NCBI GenBank assembly: GCA_963827685.1
Contig: CAWHBU010000006.1
Span: 64,001 to 128,000 of the forward strand
Origin: an uncultured delta proteobacterium
Lineage (GTDB): Bacteria > Desulfobacterota > BSN033 > UBA1163
DNA: 64,000 nucleotides
Reading direction: 5' to 3'
The notes below the pieces were generated by a model. It saw only the letters and a program-made list of their open reading frames with translations, was not told the origin of the DNA and made no database searches. Within the stretch, counting starts at the first letter, position 1, and every line of letters starts with the position of its first letter. This document shows positions 38,809-48,343 of this stretch, piece after piece. The translations under genes and the position numbers were made by a program.

Positions 38809-38890
38809 GCCCTAAACCTAACATGGTTTAGGGCTTGCCCTGAACCCTACGTGGTTTAGGGCCCGCCCCGAGCTTAACATGGTTCGGAGT
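38809..38890. repeat. Three tandem 26-nt palindromes (REP-like), 28-nt period
   Basis: GCCCTAAACC-taacat-GGTTTAGGGC; GCCCTGAACC-ctacgt-GGTTTAGGGC; GCCCCGAGCT-taacat-GGTTCGGAGT. Confidence 0.85.
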
Positions 38891-38935
38891 CAACAAATTA
38901 TTTTTGTCCCATTTGATGGGGGAAGGAGGTATTTT

Positions 38936-40897
38936 ATGAAACATTTCATTTCCATGTTCTTTTCTTTATCTCTGTCCGTGTTATTACCGTTTCTTTCTTT
39001 TGCACAGGAAAAGGAGGTGACCCTTGAAAAAGTGGTCGTCACCGCCACCCGGGATGTCGAGGAAATTAGAAAGATTCCTGCAAGTGTCACCGTTGTCACA
39101 AAAGAGGAGATTGAGCAATCTAATGCACAAAACGTGGTTGATCTGCTCCGAAACGAGGCAGATATTGAGGTTCGGGATATTTACGGAAATGGAAAATCAG
39201 CTTCTGTTGATATCAGGGGTTTTGGAGAGACAGGTCCTCTCAATACACTCGTATTAGTAGATGGGAGAAGGGTGAATCAAATCGACCTCAGCGGAGTGGA
39301 CTGGACCCAAATCCCGCTTGACCAGGTGGAACGGATTGAAATCGTTCGAGGTTCCGGGAGTGTCCTTTACGGGGATAATGCTGCCGGCGGGGTGATTAAC
39401 ATCATTACGAAAAAGCCTGAAAAACCTTTTTCCGCCAGTGCAGAAGTGGTGGGGGGAAGCTACGGCTACAACAAAGAGAGTGGTTCCGTGAGCGGGAAAT
39501 GGGGTCCCCTGTCTGCCATTCTCAACACGAGTCATAATTCCACGTATGGATATCGTGAGAATGGGTTTTTAAGAGCAGAAGATGTTGGAGGAAAGGTTAT
39601 CTATGACTTGAATGAAAACATCAGCTTCAACCTGAGCGGAAGTTTCCATCAGGATGATCAAGGCTTGCCAGGTGCCCTTCCTAAAGCCATTTATGAAGTG
39701 GATCGGCGGGCAACCATTGCCCCTGACGATAAAGCAAAAACGGATGACTGGTATCTCGTTCTGGGCGCAAAGGCCAAATTATGGGACGTCGGTCGATTGG
39801 AAATGGACCTTTCCTACCGAGATAGAAATGTAAAGGACCTCTTTCGATCTTTCTCCTTCAATGACAAAAGAGATTTGAGCACCTGGGGGGTGACTCCAAG
39901 ATACATTCTCGAAAAACCCCTCTGGATCTTGCCTAACAAATTAACCCTTGGGCTCGATTTCTATCATTCGGATTCCAACGTCTTTTCCGAGTCGTCGTTT
40001 GGATCAAACCGGGTGGATGTCACGAAGCAATCGATAGGGGCCTATGTATTAGATGAATTGTCTCTCCTCAAGAGCCTAATCCTCTCCGTGGGTTATCGCC
40101 AGGAGTGGGTGACGTATGACCTCTTTCAAGATCTCCCAAGGGCAAAGGATAAGATGAGCAATAACGAGCCCGCCTGGAATGTGAGTTTAGACTATCTCTT
40201 TGACAAAAAGTCTTCTGCCTTTCTTAGTGTTAAAAGGAGCTTCCGCTTCCCCGTTTCTGACGAATTGATCCAATACTTCCCGACCTTTCAGATGAACCCC
40301 GGGATGAAACCCCAAACGGGATATCAGTATGAGGCTGGCGTTCGCCATGCCTTTACGGATCAGATTGAGGCCAACCTGACGCTCTTCTGGATCGAAACCC
40401 GGGACGAAATCTTCTATAACCCCTATACATTTGCCAACGAAAACTTCCCCAAGACTCGGCGTCAGGGAATTGAATTGGGAACAAAGGTAAGACCTCTCCA
40501 ATGGCTCACTTTTTGGGGAAACTATAGTTATATTAAGCCCAGTCTGCAAGAGAAACCCTATTCAGGAAATGATATCCCTGGAGTACCAAGGCATAAAGGC
40601 TCAATCGGAACAGAGGTCGATTTCGGACGAGGATTTCAGTTGAGTTCCAAAGCAACCATCGTGGCACCCCGCCATTTTATCAGCGACTGGGCCAACCAGG
40701 TGGAGCGGCTAAGAGGATATTATACCTGGGATGCCAAACTCTCCTATTCCTGGAAGGGATTGAAGGCCTTTGTCGGTGTAAATAACCTGACCAATCAAAA
40801 GTTTTCAGAATTCGGTGTTGTCAATGCCACGGGAGTACAATACTTTTATCCGTCGCCCGTGCGGAATTTCATCGGAGGGGTTTCTTACACCTTTTAG
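38936..40897 (+). CDS. btuB: TonB-dependent cobalamin receptor
   Basis: Signal peptide, TonB box LEKVVVTATR, plug IRG..LVLVDG..ERIEI+RG.GS.LYG, NNLTN and terminal F; first gene after the B12 riboswitch. Confidence 0.88.
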   Translation: MKHFISMFFSLSLSVLLPFLSFAQEKEVTLEKVVVTATRDVEEIRKIPASVTVVTKEEIEQSNAQNVVDLLRNEADIEVRDIYGNGKSASVDIRGFGETGPLNTLVLVDGRRVNQIDLSGVDWTQIPLDQVERIEIVRGSGSVLYGDNAAGGVINIITKKPEKPFSASAEVVGGSYGYNKESGSVSGKWGPLSAILNTSHNSTYGYRENGFLRAEDVGGKVIYDLNENISFNLSGSFHQDDQGLPGALPKAIYEVDRRATIAPDDKAKTDDWYLVLGAKAKLWDVGRLEMDLSYRDRNVKDLFRSFSFNDKRDLSTWGVTPRYILEKPLWILPNKLTLGLDFYHSDSNVFSESSFGSNRVDVTKQSIGAYVLDELSLLKSLILSVGYRQEWVTYDLFQDLPRAKDKMSNNEPAWNVSLDYLFDKKSSAFLSVKRSFRFPVSDELIQYFPTFQMNPGMKPQTGYQYEAGVRHAFTDQIEANLTLFWIETRDEIFYNPYTFANENFPKTRRQGIELGTKVRPLQWLTFWGNYSYIKPSLQEKPYSGNDIPGVPRHKGSIGTEVDFGRGFQLSSKATIVAPRHFISDWANQVERLRGYYTWDAKLSYSWKGLKAFVGVNNLTNQKFSEFGVVNATGVQYFYPSPVRNFIGGVSYTF

Positions 40898-40914
40898 GAT
40901 CAAGAAGACCCAAT

Positions 40915-41721
40915 ATGTCGTACGCTCCTCTTCCGACGTGCTATAAAAAGATGTTTCCATTTAAATTGTCTACGACCTCCTACATCTATCCTGATCATAT
41001 TATTCCAAATGTGACGATGCTCGCGCCTTTCTTGGATGAAATAGAATTAGTCCTCTTTGAAAGTAAGAGCCAGGATAACTATCCTGACGATGCTCAAATC
41101 AAAGGCCTGATGAACTTCTGTCTTCGTCAGGATATAACCTTTAATGTTCACCTTCCCATTGATATATTCCTTGGAGACGAAAATGAAGAGGTAAGGACCA
41201 AAGGCACTTCTATTGTGAAGAGGGTGACGGAAAGAACCTTTGGTTTGAATCCTTCTGTTTATATCCTCCATTTCGATCTAAGGAATAGCAATGGTCAAGA
41301 GGAAACCGATATTGAAGCCTGGCGGAGGCGTCTCCTTCGAAGTGTAGAAGAGATGGCTCAAAATGGGGTGGAACTGAATCGCATGGCCATCGAGACCCTC
41401 GGATACCCCTTTGAATGGATTGAGGACATTATTGAAGAATCCGGCTTCTCGATCTGCCTCGATATTGGTCATATCCTGATCCACGGGCAGGATCTCAGAC
41501 TCTATCTAAATAAATATCTCCCCAAAGCTTCGATCATCCACCTTCATGGCTTTCAAAAAGGGATTGACCATTTGGGAATCGATCAATTGTCTGAATCGGC
41601 ATTAGAGATGATTTTTACCCACCTTCACGATTATCATGGTATTGTATCTCTTGAGGTCTTTTCGATTGAGGATCTCAAAAGATCCCTTGTCACCTTGGAG
41701 GAAAAATGGGGAAGAAGATGA
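40915..41721 (+). CDS. cbiR: Cobamide remodelling phosphodiesterase CbiR (AP-endonuclease-2 TIM barrel)
   Basis: F+L.TTSYI.P, EIELVLFES, VHLP.D, +ETL, CLD+GH, HLHG....DH, LEVF; directly precedes cobU-cobS-cobT. Confidence 0.75.
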   Translation: MSYAPLPTCYKKMFPFKLSTTSYIYPDHIIPNVTMLAPFLDEIELVLFESKSQDNYPDDAQIKGLMNFCLRQDITFNVHLPIDIFLGDENEEVRTKGTSIVKRVTERTFGLNPSVYILHFDLRNSNGQEETDIEAWRRRLLRSVEEMAQNGVELNRMAIETLGYPFEWIEDIIEESGFSICLDIGHILIHGQDLRLYLNKYLPKASIIHLHGFQKGIDHLGIDQLSESALEMIFTHLHDYHGIVSLEVFSIEDLKRSLVTLEEKWGRR

Positions 41722-42248
41722 TCTTGATCACCGGAGGATGTCGAAGCGGGAAAAGCCGCTTCGCTTTGGACTATGCGAATCAACATTTTTCAAAAAAAAT
41801 ATATCTCGCCACATGCCAAGCCCTTGATGAAGAGATGGCTCAGCGCATAGAGCATCATAAAAAGATGAGAAGTCCGGAGTGGCAGACGATTGAAGAACCC
41901 ATAGAGATTGTCAACAAAATCACGCGATATGGGGACGAGGCGGATGTAATCCTGTTGGACTGCATCACCCTTTGGCTTTCCAATCTCCTGATGAGACGGA
42001 AGGATGACCCGGAGATCATGGAGGAGATAAGTAGATTCATTGACACTATTAAGGAGAAACAAACCTCGCTCATCCTTGTATCGAATGAGGTAGGGCTTGG
42101 AATTGTGCCAGTAGATCCGTTGGGCCGCCGTTTTAGAGACCTATCCGGAATGGCCAATCAGAAGATTGCCGAAGTGGTAAATACAGTGATTTTAATGGTG
42201 TCAGGGATTCCAATCTTCTTGAAAGGAAAGGATGAAAAACTTTCTTAG
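41706..42248 (+). CDS. cobU: Adenosylcobinamide kinase/adenosylcobinamide-phosphate guanylyltransferase
   Basis: ITGG.RSGKS.FA, D.EM..RI..H, W.T+EEP, LDC+T.W, VSNEVG.G+VP, R.FRD..G..NQ. Confidence 0.95.
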   Translation: MGKKMILITGGCRSGKSRFALDYANQHFSKKIYLATCQALDEEMAQRIEHHKKMRSPEWQTIEEPIEIVNKITRYGDEADVILLDCITLWLSNLLMRRKDDPEIMEEISRFIDTIKEKQTSLILVSNEVGLGIVPVDPLGRRFRDLSGMANQKIAEVVNTVILMVSGIPIFLKGKDEKLS

Positions 42249-42981
42249 AGCCCTTTCATTTCTCACCATTCTGCCTGTTGGACAAATTCGGCTCTCAGAG
42301 CAGAAGGAATTAGCCCGTTCAATGGCCTTCTTTCCTTTAGTCGGCCTTGTGGTCGGTCTCCTCCTGACCACGGGTTATTATCTCTTCTCTCTTTTCCTGC
42401 CTAAGTCCATCACCCTCTGGTTAATACTGGGACTTCTTGCTCTCCTGACGAGAGGTCTCCATTTGGATGGATTTGCTGATACCCTGGATGGTCTGGCGTC
42501 TGGCGGGTCAAAGGAAAGGATTCTTGAGGTGATGAGGGATAGTCGAATCGGAGCCTTTGGAGTGATCAGTCTCATCTTGCTAATCGGGGGCAAATATCTT
42601 GCTCTGCATCAGATTTCGAATGCATCCGTTCCCTACTCTCTTATTTTGATGGCCGTCATGGGACGACAATCTATGGTTTTAGTCTGCTGCCGATCTTCCT
42701 ATGCCAGACCGAACGGAGGGTTAGCTAAACCTTTCACTGAAAACCTTGGATACCGTGAAACGGCTTTATCCTTGGCCACGGCTCTGGGAATCGCTTTGCT
42801 GGCCATGGGTGTTAAAGGCATCCTGGTCTTCTTAGGAATCGGCCTCTTCAGCCTTGGGTATCGGTATCTTTTCATCAAGAAGCTGGGGGGAGTAACAGGC
42901 GATGTTTTAGGGGGGGCAAATGAATTAGCAGAGCTTCTTTGCCTCATCCTTTTGGTCATTCTTGAACCAATCCATTTATAA
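42232..42981 (+). CDS. cobS: Adenosylcobinamide-GDP ribazoletransferase (cobamide synthase)
   Basis: FLT.LP, GLHLDG.AD..DG, MRDSRIG.FG, GG+TGDVLG. Confidence 0.95.
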   Translation: MKNFLRALSFLTILPVGQIRLSEQKELARSMAFFPLVGLVVGLLLTTGYYLFSLFLPKSITLWLILGLLALLTRGLHLDGFADTLDGLASGGSKERILEVMRDSRIGAFGVISLILLIGGKYLALHQISNASVPYSLILMAVMGRQSMVLVCCRSSYARPNGGLAKPFTENLGYRETALSLATALGIALLAMGVKGILVFLGIGLFSLGYRYLFIKKLGGVTGDVLGGANELAELLCLILLVILEPIHL

Positions 42982-42998
42982 AATTGGGAGAAAGAAGG

Positions 42999-44054
42999 AT
43001 GGATAAAATTAACCAAACAATTGCTGACATAAAACCTTTGGACCGAAAGGCCATGGAAGAGGCGAGAACCAGGCAGGACAGCCTGACGAAGCCTCGGGGC
43101 TGATTGGGTCAACTTGAGGCCCTTTCCATCCAGGTGGCAGGAATCAAGGGAAATCCAAGGCATCGAATCATCCACAAAGTAATATTTACACTGGCCGCTG
43201 ATCACGGCGTTACCGAAGAAGGAGTGAGCGCTTATCCCTCTGAAGTAACTCCCCAAATGGTCTATAACTTCCTTCGGGGAGGTGCGGGCATCAATGTCAT
43301 GGCGCGGCATATAGGAGGGAGGGTTGTCGTAGCAGATCTGGGAGTTGCCTCAGCGTTGGAGCCACATCCTGATCTGAGAATTAAGAAGGTGGCCATGGGC
43401 ACCCGGAATATGGCGAGAGGGCCTGCCATGAGTGTGGAGGAAGCCATCCGCTGCATCGAAGCTGGAATTGAATTGGTGGAAGGGGAATTGCCAAAAGGTA
43501 TTGATATATTGGGAACGGGTGATATGGGAATTGGAAACACCACTTCTTCCAGTGCTATTACAGCAGTTTCAACAGGCGCTGATGTCACAAGAGTCACAGG
43601 CAGGGGAACCGGTGTCGACGATGACGGATGGCGAAAAAAGGTTCAGGTGATTCAGAAGGCTCTGGAAATCAATCGTCCGAATCCAGACGATGGGGTCGAC
43701 ATCCTTTCCAAAGTCGGGGGGTTTGAAATCGGAGGAATCGCAGGGGTGATTTTGGCCGGTGCACGACATCGAATCCCTGTTGTACTCGATGGCTTCATTT
43801 CCGGAGCAGCAGCTTTAATTGCCACATCTCTTTCACCTCAAGTCAAACCATACCTTATCGCCTCTCATCAGTCGGCTGAGCAAGGGCATCAGGTCCTATT
43901 GGAATATCTCGGCCTGAAACCCTTGCTGAACTTAGATCTGAGGTTGGGTGAAGGAACCGGTGCCGCCTTGGGGATATTTTTGGTCGAGGCTAGTCTAAAG
44001 ATTCTCGATGAAATGGCCACTTTTAGTGAAGCCAGAGTATCTGAAAAAATATGA
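42999..44054 (+). CDS. cobT: Nicotinate-nucleotide--dimethylbenzimidazole phosphoribosyltransferase with in-frame TGA at codon 35 (pseudogene, error or recoded)
   Basis: ATG at 42999 after GAAGG gives [39 protein letters not shown]; then AADHGV..EGVS.YP, GDMGIGNTT, GRGTG, LDGFI, RLGEGTGA, MATF..A. Confidence 0.9.
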
Positions 44055-44959
44055 TTAAAAAATCGTTCGCCTTGGCTTTTATGATGTTCGTAACGATTGT
44101 CTTTCTTAACACCCGGGTGGAAGGGCAAGAACGAACAGTGACCGATGAGATAGGACGAAAGGTGAAAATTTCTTGTTCTCCAAAGAGAATTATTTCCTTA
44201 GCCCCCAGCATTACAGAAATCCTGTTTGCTTTGCATCTCAATGAGGAAATCATAGGAGTTACAGACTATTGTGATTTTCCAGTGGCTGCATCGAACAAAC
44301 CGAGGATCGGAGGGTTTATTAATCCCAGTATTGAAAAAATCGTTTCATTAAAACCGGACCTGATCGTCGGGACAAGCGATGGCAATTTGATGGAAACCAT
44401 TCATAGACTGAGTGATCTTGGCTTTTCTGTCTATCTGATTAATCCAAAAAGCTTCAATGGAGTAATGAAAGCAATCCATCATATTGGAACAATGGTTGGA
44501 AGAGAAGAGGAATCGAGAAAAATTACAGGAAATATGATCTTAAAGAAAGAGGATATCGCCGCACGCACCAAATCCTTTCCAAAGCCAAAGATTTTCTTCC
44601 AGATTGGATACGCTCCTATTATGACCGTGGGAAAAGGAACACTCGCTGACGATCTCATCCGTTTGGCCGGGGGAAGGAGCATATCAGAGAATGAGTCGGT
44701 GAACTACCCCCTCTATAATATCGAAACCATCTTATCGAAGGCCCCGGAAATCATCATTATGAGTTCCATGGACAGCAAGAAGGATTATTTGAATCTGATT
44801 AAAATGTGGCAGTCTTGGGAAGACCTCCCTGCTGTGAAAATGAATGCAATCTATGTTGTCGACTCAAATTTAGTCGATCGTCCCACGCCCAGGGTAGTCG
44901 AAGGATTGGAAGCAATGGCCAGGATGATTCACCCAGAAGCTTTTAGGGAGAAGAGATGA
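44051..44959 (+). CDS. btuF: Cobalamin-binding periplasmic protein
   Basis: P.RI+SLAPS.TEILFAL, GVT.YCD+P, E.I+.L.PDL, RP.PR+..GLE. Confidence 0.88.
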   Translation: MIKKSFALAFMMFVTIVFLNTRVEGQERTVTDEIGRKVKISCSPKRIISLAPSITEILFALHLNEEIIGVTDYCDFPVAASNKPRIGGFINPSIEKIVSLKPDLIVGTSDGNLMETIHRLSDLGFSVYLINPKSFNGVMKAIHHIGTMVGREEESRKITGNMILKKEDIAARTKSFPKPKIFFQIGYAPIMTVGKGTLADDLIRLAGGRSISENESVNYPLYNIETILSKAPEIIIMSSMDSKKDYLNLIKMWQSWEDLPAVKMNAIYVVDSNLVDRPTPRVVEGLEAMARMIHPEAFREKR

Positions 44960-46515
44960 AATCGCTGATGATCCAGGGGACGGGTTCTTATGTTGGAAAA
45001 AGTCTGATCGTAGCCGGGCTCTGTCGGATCTTTAAAAAGGATGGATTCAATGTCGTTCCGTTCAAATCCCAGAACATGTCTTTGAACTCCTTTGTGACTA
45101 GGGAAGGAGGGGAGATGGGAAGAGCCCAGGTGGTCCAGGCAGAGGCAGCGGGCATCGAGCCTCATGTGGATATGAATCCAATCCTGATCAAGCCCAACAC
45201 GGATATCGGCGCCCAGATCATCATCCATGGAAAAGTTTACAGAAACATGTCTGCCAACCGGTATCACCAATTTAAGAAAAAAGCCTTACGGGCTGTCAAA
45301 GAAAGTTTTTATCGTCTGAAGGAAAGATACGAACTCATGGTCATCGAGGGTGCCGGGAGCCCTGCGGAAATCAATCTAAGGGAAAATGATATCGCAAATA
45401 TGGGAACGGCAGAGATCGCAGATTGCCCTGTTATTTTGGTAGGCGATATTGACAAGGGAGGGGTCTTCGCCTCTCTCATCGGAACCCTTGAACTCCTGAG
45501 CAAGGAAGAAAAAAAGAGAATTAAGGGATTTATCATCAATAAGTTTCGCGGGGACATACGATTATTAGAGCCGGGATTGGATTTTCTTGAGAAAAAGACG
45601 AGGTTGCCCGTCCTCGGTGTTATTCCCTATTTCAAAGATCTCTATTTGCAGGAAGAGGATGGAGTCTCGGTAGAAAAGGCTGGATCAAGTCCAAAGGGAG
45701 GAGACATCCGAATCTCAGTCCTCCTCCTTCCACACATCTCAAATTTCACAGATTTTGACGCCTTAGAGAAAGAACCGGGAGTGGAGTTTCGCTATATAAG
45801 GCCCGGAAGTCCAATCCCAGCTTCTGATTTAATCATCATTCCAGGAAGCAAGAATACCTTAGGTGACCTCGCCTATCTCAGGCAATCCAAGTATGACAAA
45901 ACAATCCTCAAACACCATCAAAGGGGTGGGTTCGTAATAGGTATATGCGGAGGGTATCAAATGTTGGGCCGCCTGATTTCCGATCCTTTTAAGATCGAAA
46001 CGAAGCGAAAGAGCATCGTCGGTCTGGGTCTGCTCAATGTTGAAACTGCCATGGAAAAGGAAAAAGTGACTTCCCAGGTAGAGGCGAGGGTGTCTCCAAA
46101 AGACCTTCTCCAATGGAAATCCGGGAAAATTTTTGGATATGAGATTCACATGGGAAGGACGGAGAGAAGTAACAATATCTCCCCAGCTTTCACGATTGTT
46201 AAAAAGAAAGATCGAAATGTCCGGATCGAAGATGGGGCGATCTCTAAAGACGGAAAGGTGTGGGGAACCTATATTCATGGAATCTTTGATAACGACGAAT
46301 TCCGAAGGGGATTCATTAACCGCTTAAGGAAAAGAAAGGGATTGTCCCCTTTGAGCAGAGGTGATAGCCTTCACTACCACCAAGTGAAGGCGGAAGGATT
46401 CAATAATTTGGAAAGGGGACTGAGGGAGAATCTCGATATGAATTTCATTTATAGGATCCTCAAACTGAAGCCCCAAAAACCTGCAACTAACACAAAACCT
46501 GCAACTAACTCTTGA
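44956..46515 (+). CDS. cobQ: Cobyric acid synthase (CbiP/CobQ)
   Basis: QGTGS.VGKS, PFKSQNMSLNS, EGAGSPAEINL, INKFRGD, ISNFTDFD, GICGGYQMLG, GYEIHMG, GTY+HG+FD. Confidence 0.96.
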   Translation: MKSLMIQGTGSYVGKSLIVAGLCRIFKKDGFNVVPFKSQNMSLNSFVTREGGEMGRAQVVQAEAAGIEPHVDMNPILIKPNTDIGAQIIIHGKVYRNMSANRYHQFKKKALRAVKESFYRLKERYELMVIEGAGSPAEINLRENDIANMGTAEIADCPVILVGDIDKGGVFASLIGTLELLSKEEKKRIKGFIINKFRGDIRLLEPGLDFLEKKTRLPVLGVIPYFKDLYLQEEDGVSVEKAGSSPKGGDIRISVLLLPHISNFTDFDALEKEPGVEFRYIRPGSPIPASDLIIIPGSKNTLGDLAYLRQSKYDKTILKHHQRGGFVIGICGGYQMLGRLISDPFKIETKRKSIVGLGLLNVETAMEKEKVTSQVEARVSPKDLLQWKSGKIFGYEIHMGRTERSNNISPAFTIVKKKDRNVRIEDGAISKDGKVWGTYIHGIFDNDEFRRGFINRLRKRKGLSPLSRGDSLHYHQVKAEGFNNLERGLRENLDMNFIYRILKLKPQKPATNTKPATNS

Positions 46516-46540
46516 CACATCGGAGGGGTTGTAATATAAA
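46512..46540 (+). promoter_or_regulatory. tRNA promoter
   Basis: TTGACA-17 nt-TATAAA about 20 nt upstream of the tRNA. Confidence 0.75.
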
Positions 46541-46559
46541 TTTCTTTATTAATCAGGAT

Positions 46560-46632
<73 letters not shown>

Positions 46633-46642
46633 CTTTAAAACC

Positions 46643-46677
46643 AAGGGGTTAGGCGATTCAAGCTTAGCCCCTTTTTT
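46643..46677 (+). terminator. Terminator hairpin after the tRNA
   Basis: AAGGGGTTAGGC...GCTTAGCCCCTT followed by TTTT. Confidence 0.75.
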
Positions 46678-46726
46678 ATTGATTGTGACTGAATTTTCTG
46701 CCCCTCATGGTTATCAAAGCTCTCGC

Positions 46727-47812
46727 CTATTCATTTTCTGCATGCCGAAATTGAATAACCTCCCCTTGTTTGGGAGTTATGATTCCGACCGTGGTGCTTT
46801 TCCTCTCTTGGTAATCCTGAAATTTTAAAGCGGCCTCTCTCAGGTCCTGGTCATTAACGATGTTATACCGCTCAAACACATTTCGGGACTTGTGGCCTGA
46901 AATGGTCATGGCCACCTTCTCTGAAATCCCTGATCTGACCATATCCCTTACAGCTGTTCTCCTGAAGTCATGGAAGATTTTACCCTTCAAACCAGCTTTT
47001 TTGCAGGCGGAAATCCAGGCCTTACGGAATCCTTTTATAACCTTCCCTTCTCTATGAAAAACGTAAGCACAATGAATTCGCCTGTCCTGATATAGCGCCT
47101 TCATCACTTCTATCAACTCCCTCGTAAGGTAAAAAGTCCGGCCCTCTTCATTCTTGGTTTCCCCCAGATCAAGCCAAACCTTCCCTTCCTTGAGATCCAC
47201 TCTGTCCCAGGTAAGACCCAGGATTTCACTTATTCTCCATCCGCTATAATAGCCAAAAGTCACTATTGGCTTTAGGTATCCAGGTAAGATATCCTTGACC
47301 GCCAAATATTCGGCATATTCAAAGAAACCTTTTCTTACGTTGGATTCTTTCAGCATTGGAATGTAAGGAATTAAGGTCACCTTTGGAGGAGTGCACTCTG
47401 CTGCGAGATGGAACATCCTTTTGAGTGCTGCCAACTCTCGGTTAATGGAAGCATTAGAGAAACCTTGATTCATCCTGTCCTCTATATAGCTCTTGACCTT
47501 ATCCGTGGTAACATCCACTGCTCTCATACCACCAAAATAACTTTGAAGATATTTAACGGACCTCTCGGCTTTATTCAGGGTGTCTCTCCCATTAATTCGA
47601 TAATCTGTCAGGAAATCCTCGGCCAAATTGTCAAACGTAACTAGCTTTTTCAGAAAAATTCCAGGCAACTTTCCCTCTGCGATCTCTCCCTTCAGTTTAT
47701 AAAAAACTGTCTGAGCCAACTTCTTCTCTGTAGTTTCCGTCGATTCTCTGTAATGTTTGCCTTGATAAACGAAACTCATCCACCAGACCTGGCCCCTCTT
47801 ATATAGTCCCAT
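46727..47812 (-). CDS. int: Tyrosine recombinase/phage-type integrase
   Basis: Arm-binding MGLYKRG..WW, S+NREL..LK.MF, G.R.SE+L.L.W, K in ETKN, FHDFRRT, ISGH....+F.RY; likely start ATG 47812. Confidence 0.95.
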   Translation of the reverse strand: MGLYKRGQVWWMSFVYQGKHYRESTETTEKKLAQTVFYKLKGEIAEGKLPGIFLKKLVTFDNLAEDFLTDYRINGRDTLNKAERSVKYLQSYFGGMRAVDVTTDKVKSYIEDRMNQGFSNASINRELAALKRMFHLAAECTPPKVTLIPYIPMLKESNVRKGFFEYAEYLAVKDILPGYLKPIVTFGYYSGWRISEILGLTWDRVDLKEGKVWLDLGETKNEEGRTFYLTRELIEVMKALYQDRRIHCAYVFHREGKVIKGFRKAWISACKKAGLKGKIFHDFRRTAVRDMVRSGISEKVAMTISGHKSRNVFERYNIVNDQDLREAALKFQDYQERKSTTVGIITPKQGEVIQFRHAENE

Positions 47813-48224
47813 CGGATACCTCCTTTCCGAGGCCCTTGATCTGGTCTGGTTTCCCGTTACCAACAGTATACCCTTCTCCCTTCACCTCTTCAATGATTTT
47901 CCTAATGGTTCTCTTGATTCTTGGGTCCGATCGCTTCCGCAATGACCCAATAACCTTCCTGGTCTCCACCTTGACATCGACCACGGGTTTCTTCTGCCCT
48001 TGCATCCATACTTCGACCTCTTCCAGCTTGAATCTTACCAACCGGCCGATCCGGTAATGGGGTATCCTCTTTTCCTCCACCATCGCGTAAAGGTTGCTCA
48101 CCTTGATTCCCAGGTAGCGAGCGATGGCTTGGACATTTAAAAATCCTGATGATAGATCTCTTCCATTGGTCCTCTCTGCTTGAGGCTCTGACCCATGCTT
48201 TTCCATATCAACTCCTTTTGCCAA
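47799..48224 (-). CDS. xis: Excisionase-like HTH_17 protein
   Basis: L.+..+A.YL.+....+Y.+V....IP.YRIG.LVRF....+..W; overlaps the integrase start. Confidence 0.85.
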   Translation of the reverse strand: MAKGVDMEKHGSEPQAERTNGRDLSSGFLNVQAIARYLGIKVSNLYAMVEEKRIPHYRIGRLVRFKLEEVEVWMQGQKKPVVDVKVETRKVIGSLRKRSDPRIKRTIRKIIEEVKGEGYTVGNGKPDQIKGLGKEVSDGTI

Positions 48225-48256
48225 ACCCTCATGGTTGGCTTTCAGGAGCTTCGGTA

Positions 48257-48343
48257 TGGTAATTGGTTTGCTTGGCTTATAGCGAGCGTGGTAATTGGAA
48301 TGGTAATTTGGGGCAGAATAATATGATGGTAATTGGTATTACC
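48257..48343. repeat. Four direct TGGTAATT(G/T)G repeats plus one inverted half-site
   Basis: Copies at 48257, 48289, 48301 and 48327; ATTACC at 48338-48343. Confidence 0.8.

Noticed and set aside
38809-38890. CRISPR array
   Set aside because: The palindromes are separated by only 2 nt, with no spacers and no cas genes.
43101-43103. Genome-wide TGA reassignment (genetic code 4 or 25)
   Set aside because: Many genes here end normally at TGA, and no other internal TGA was seen.
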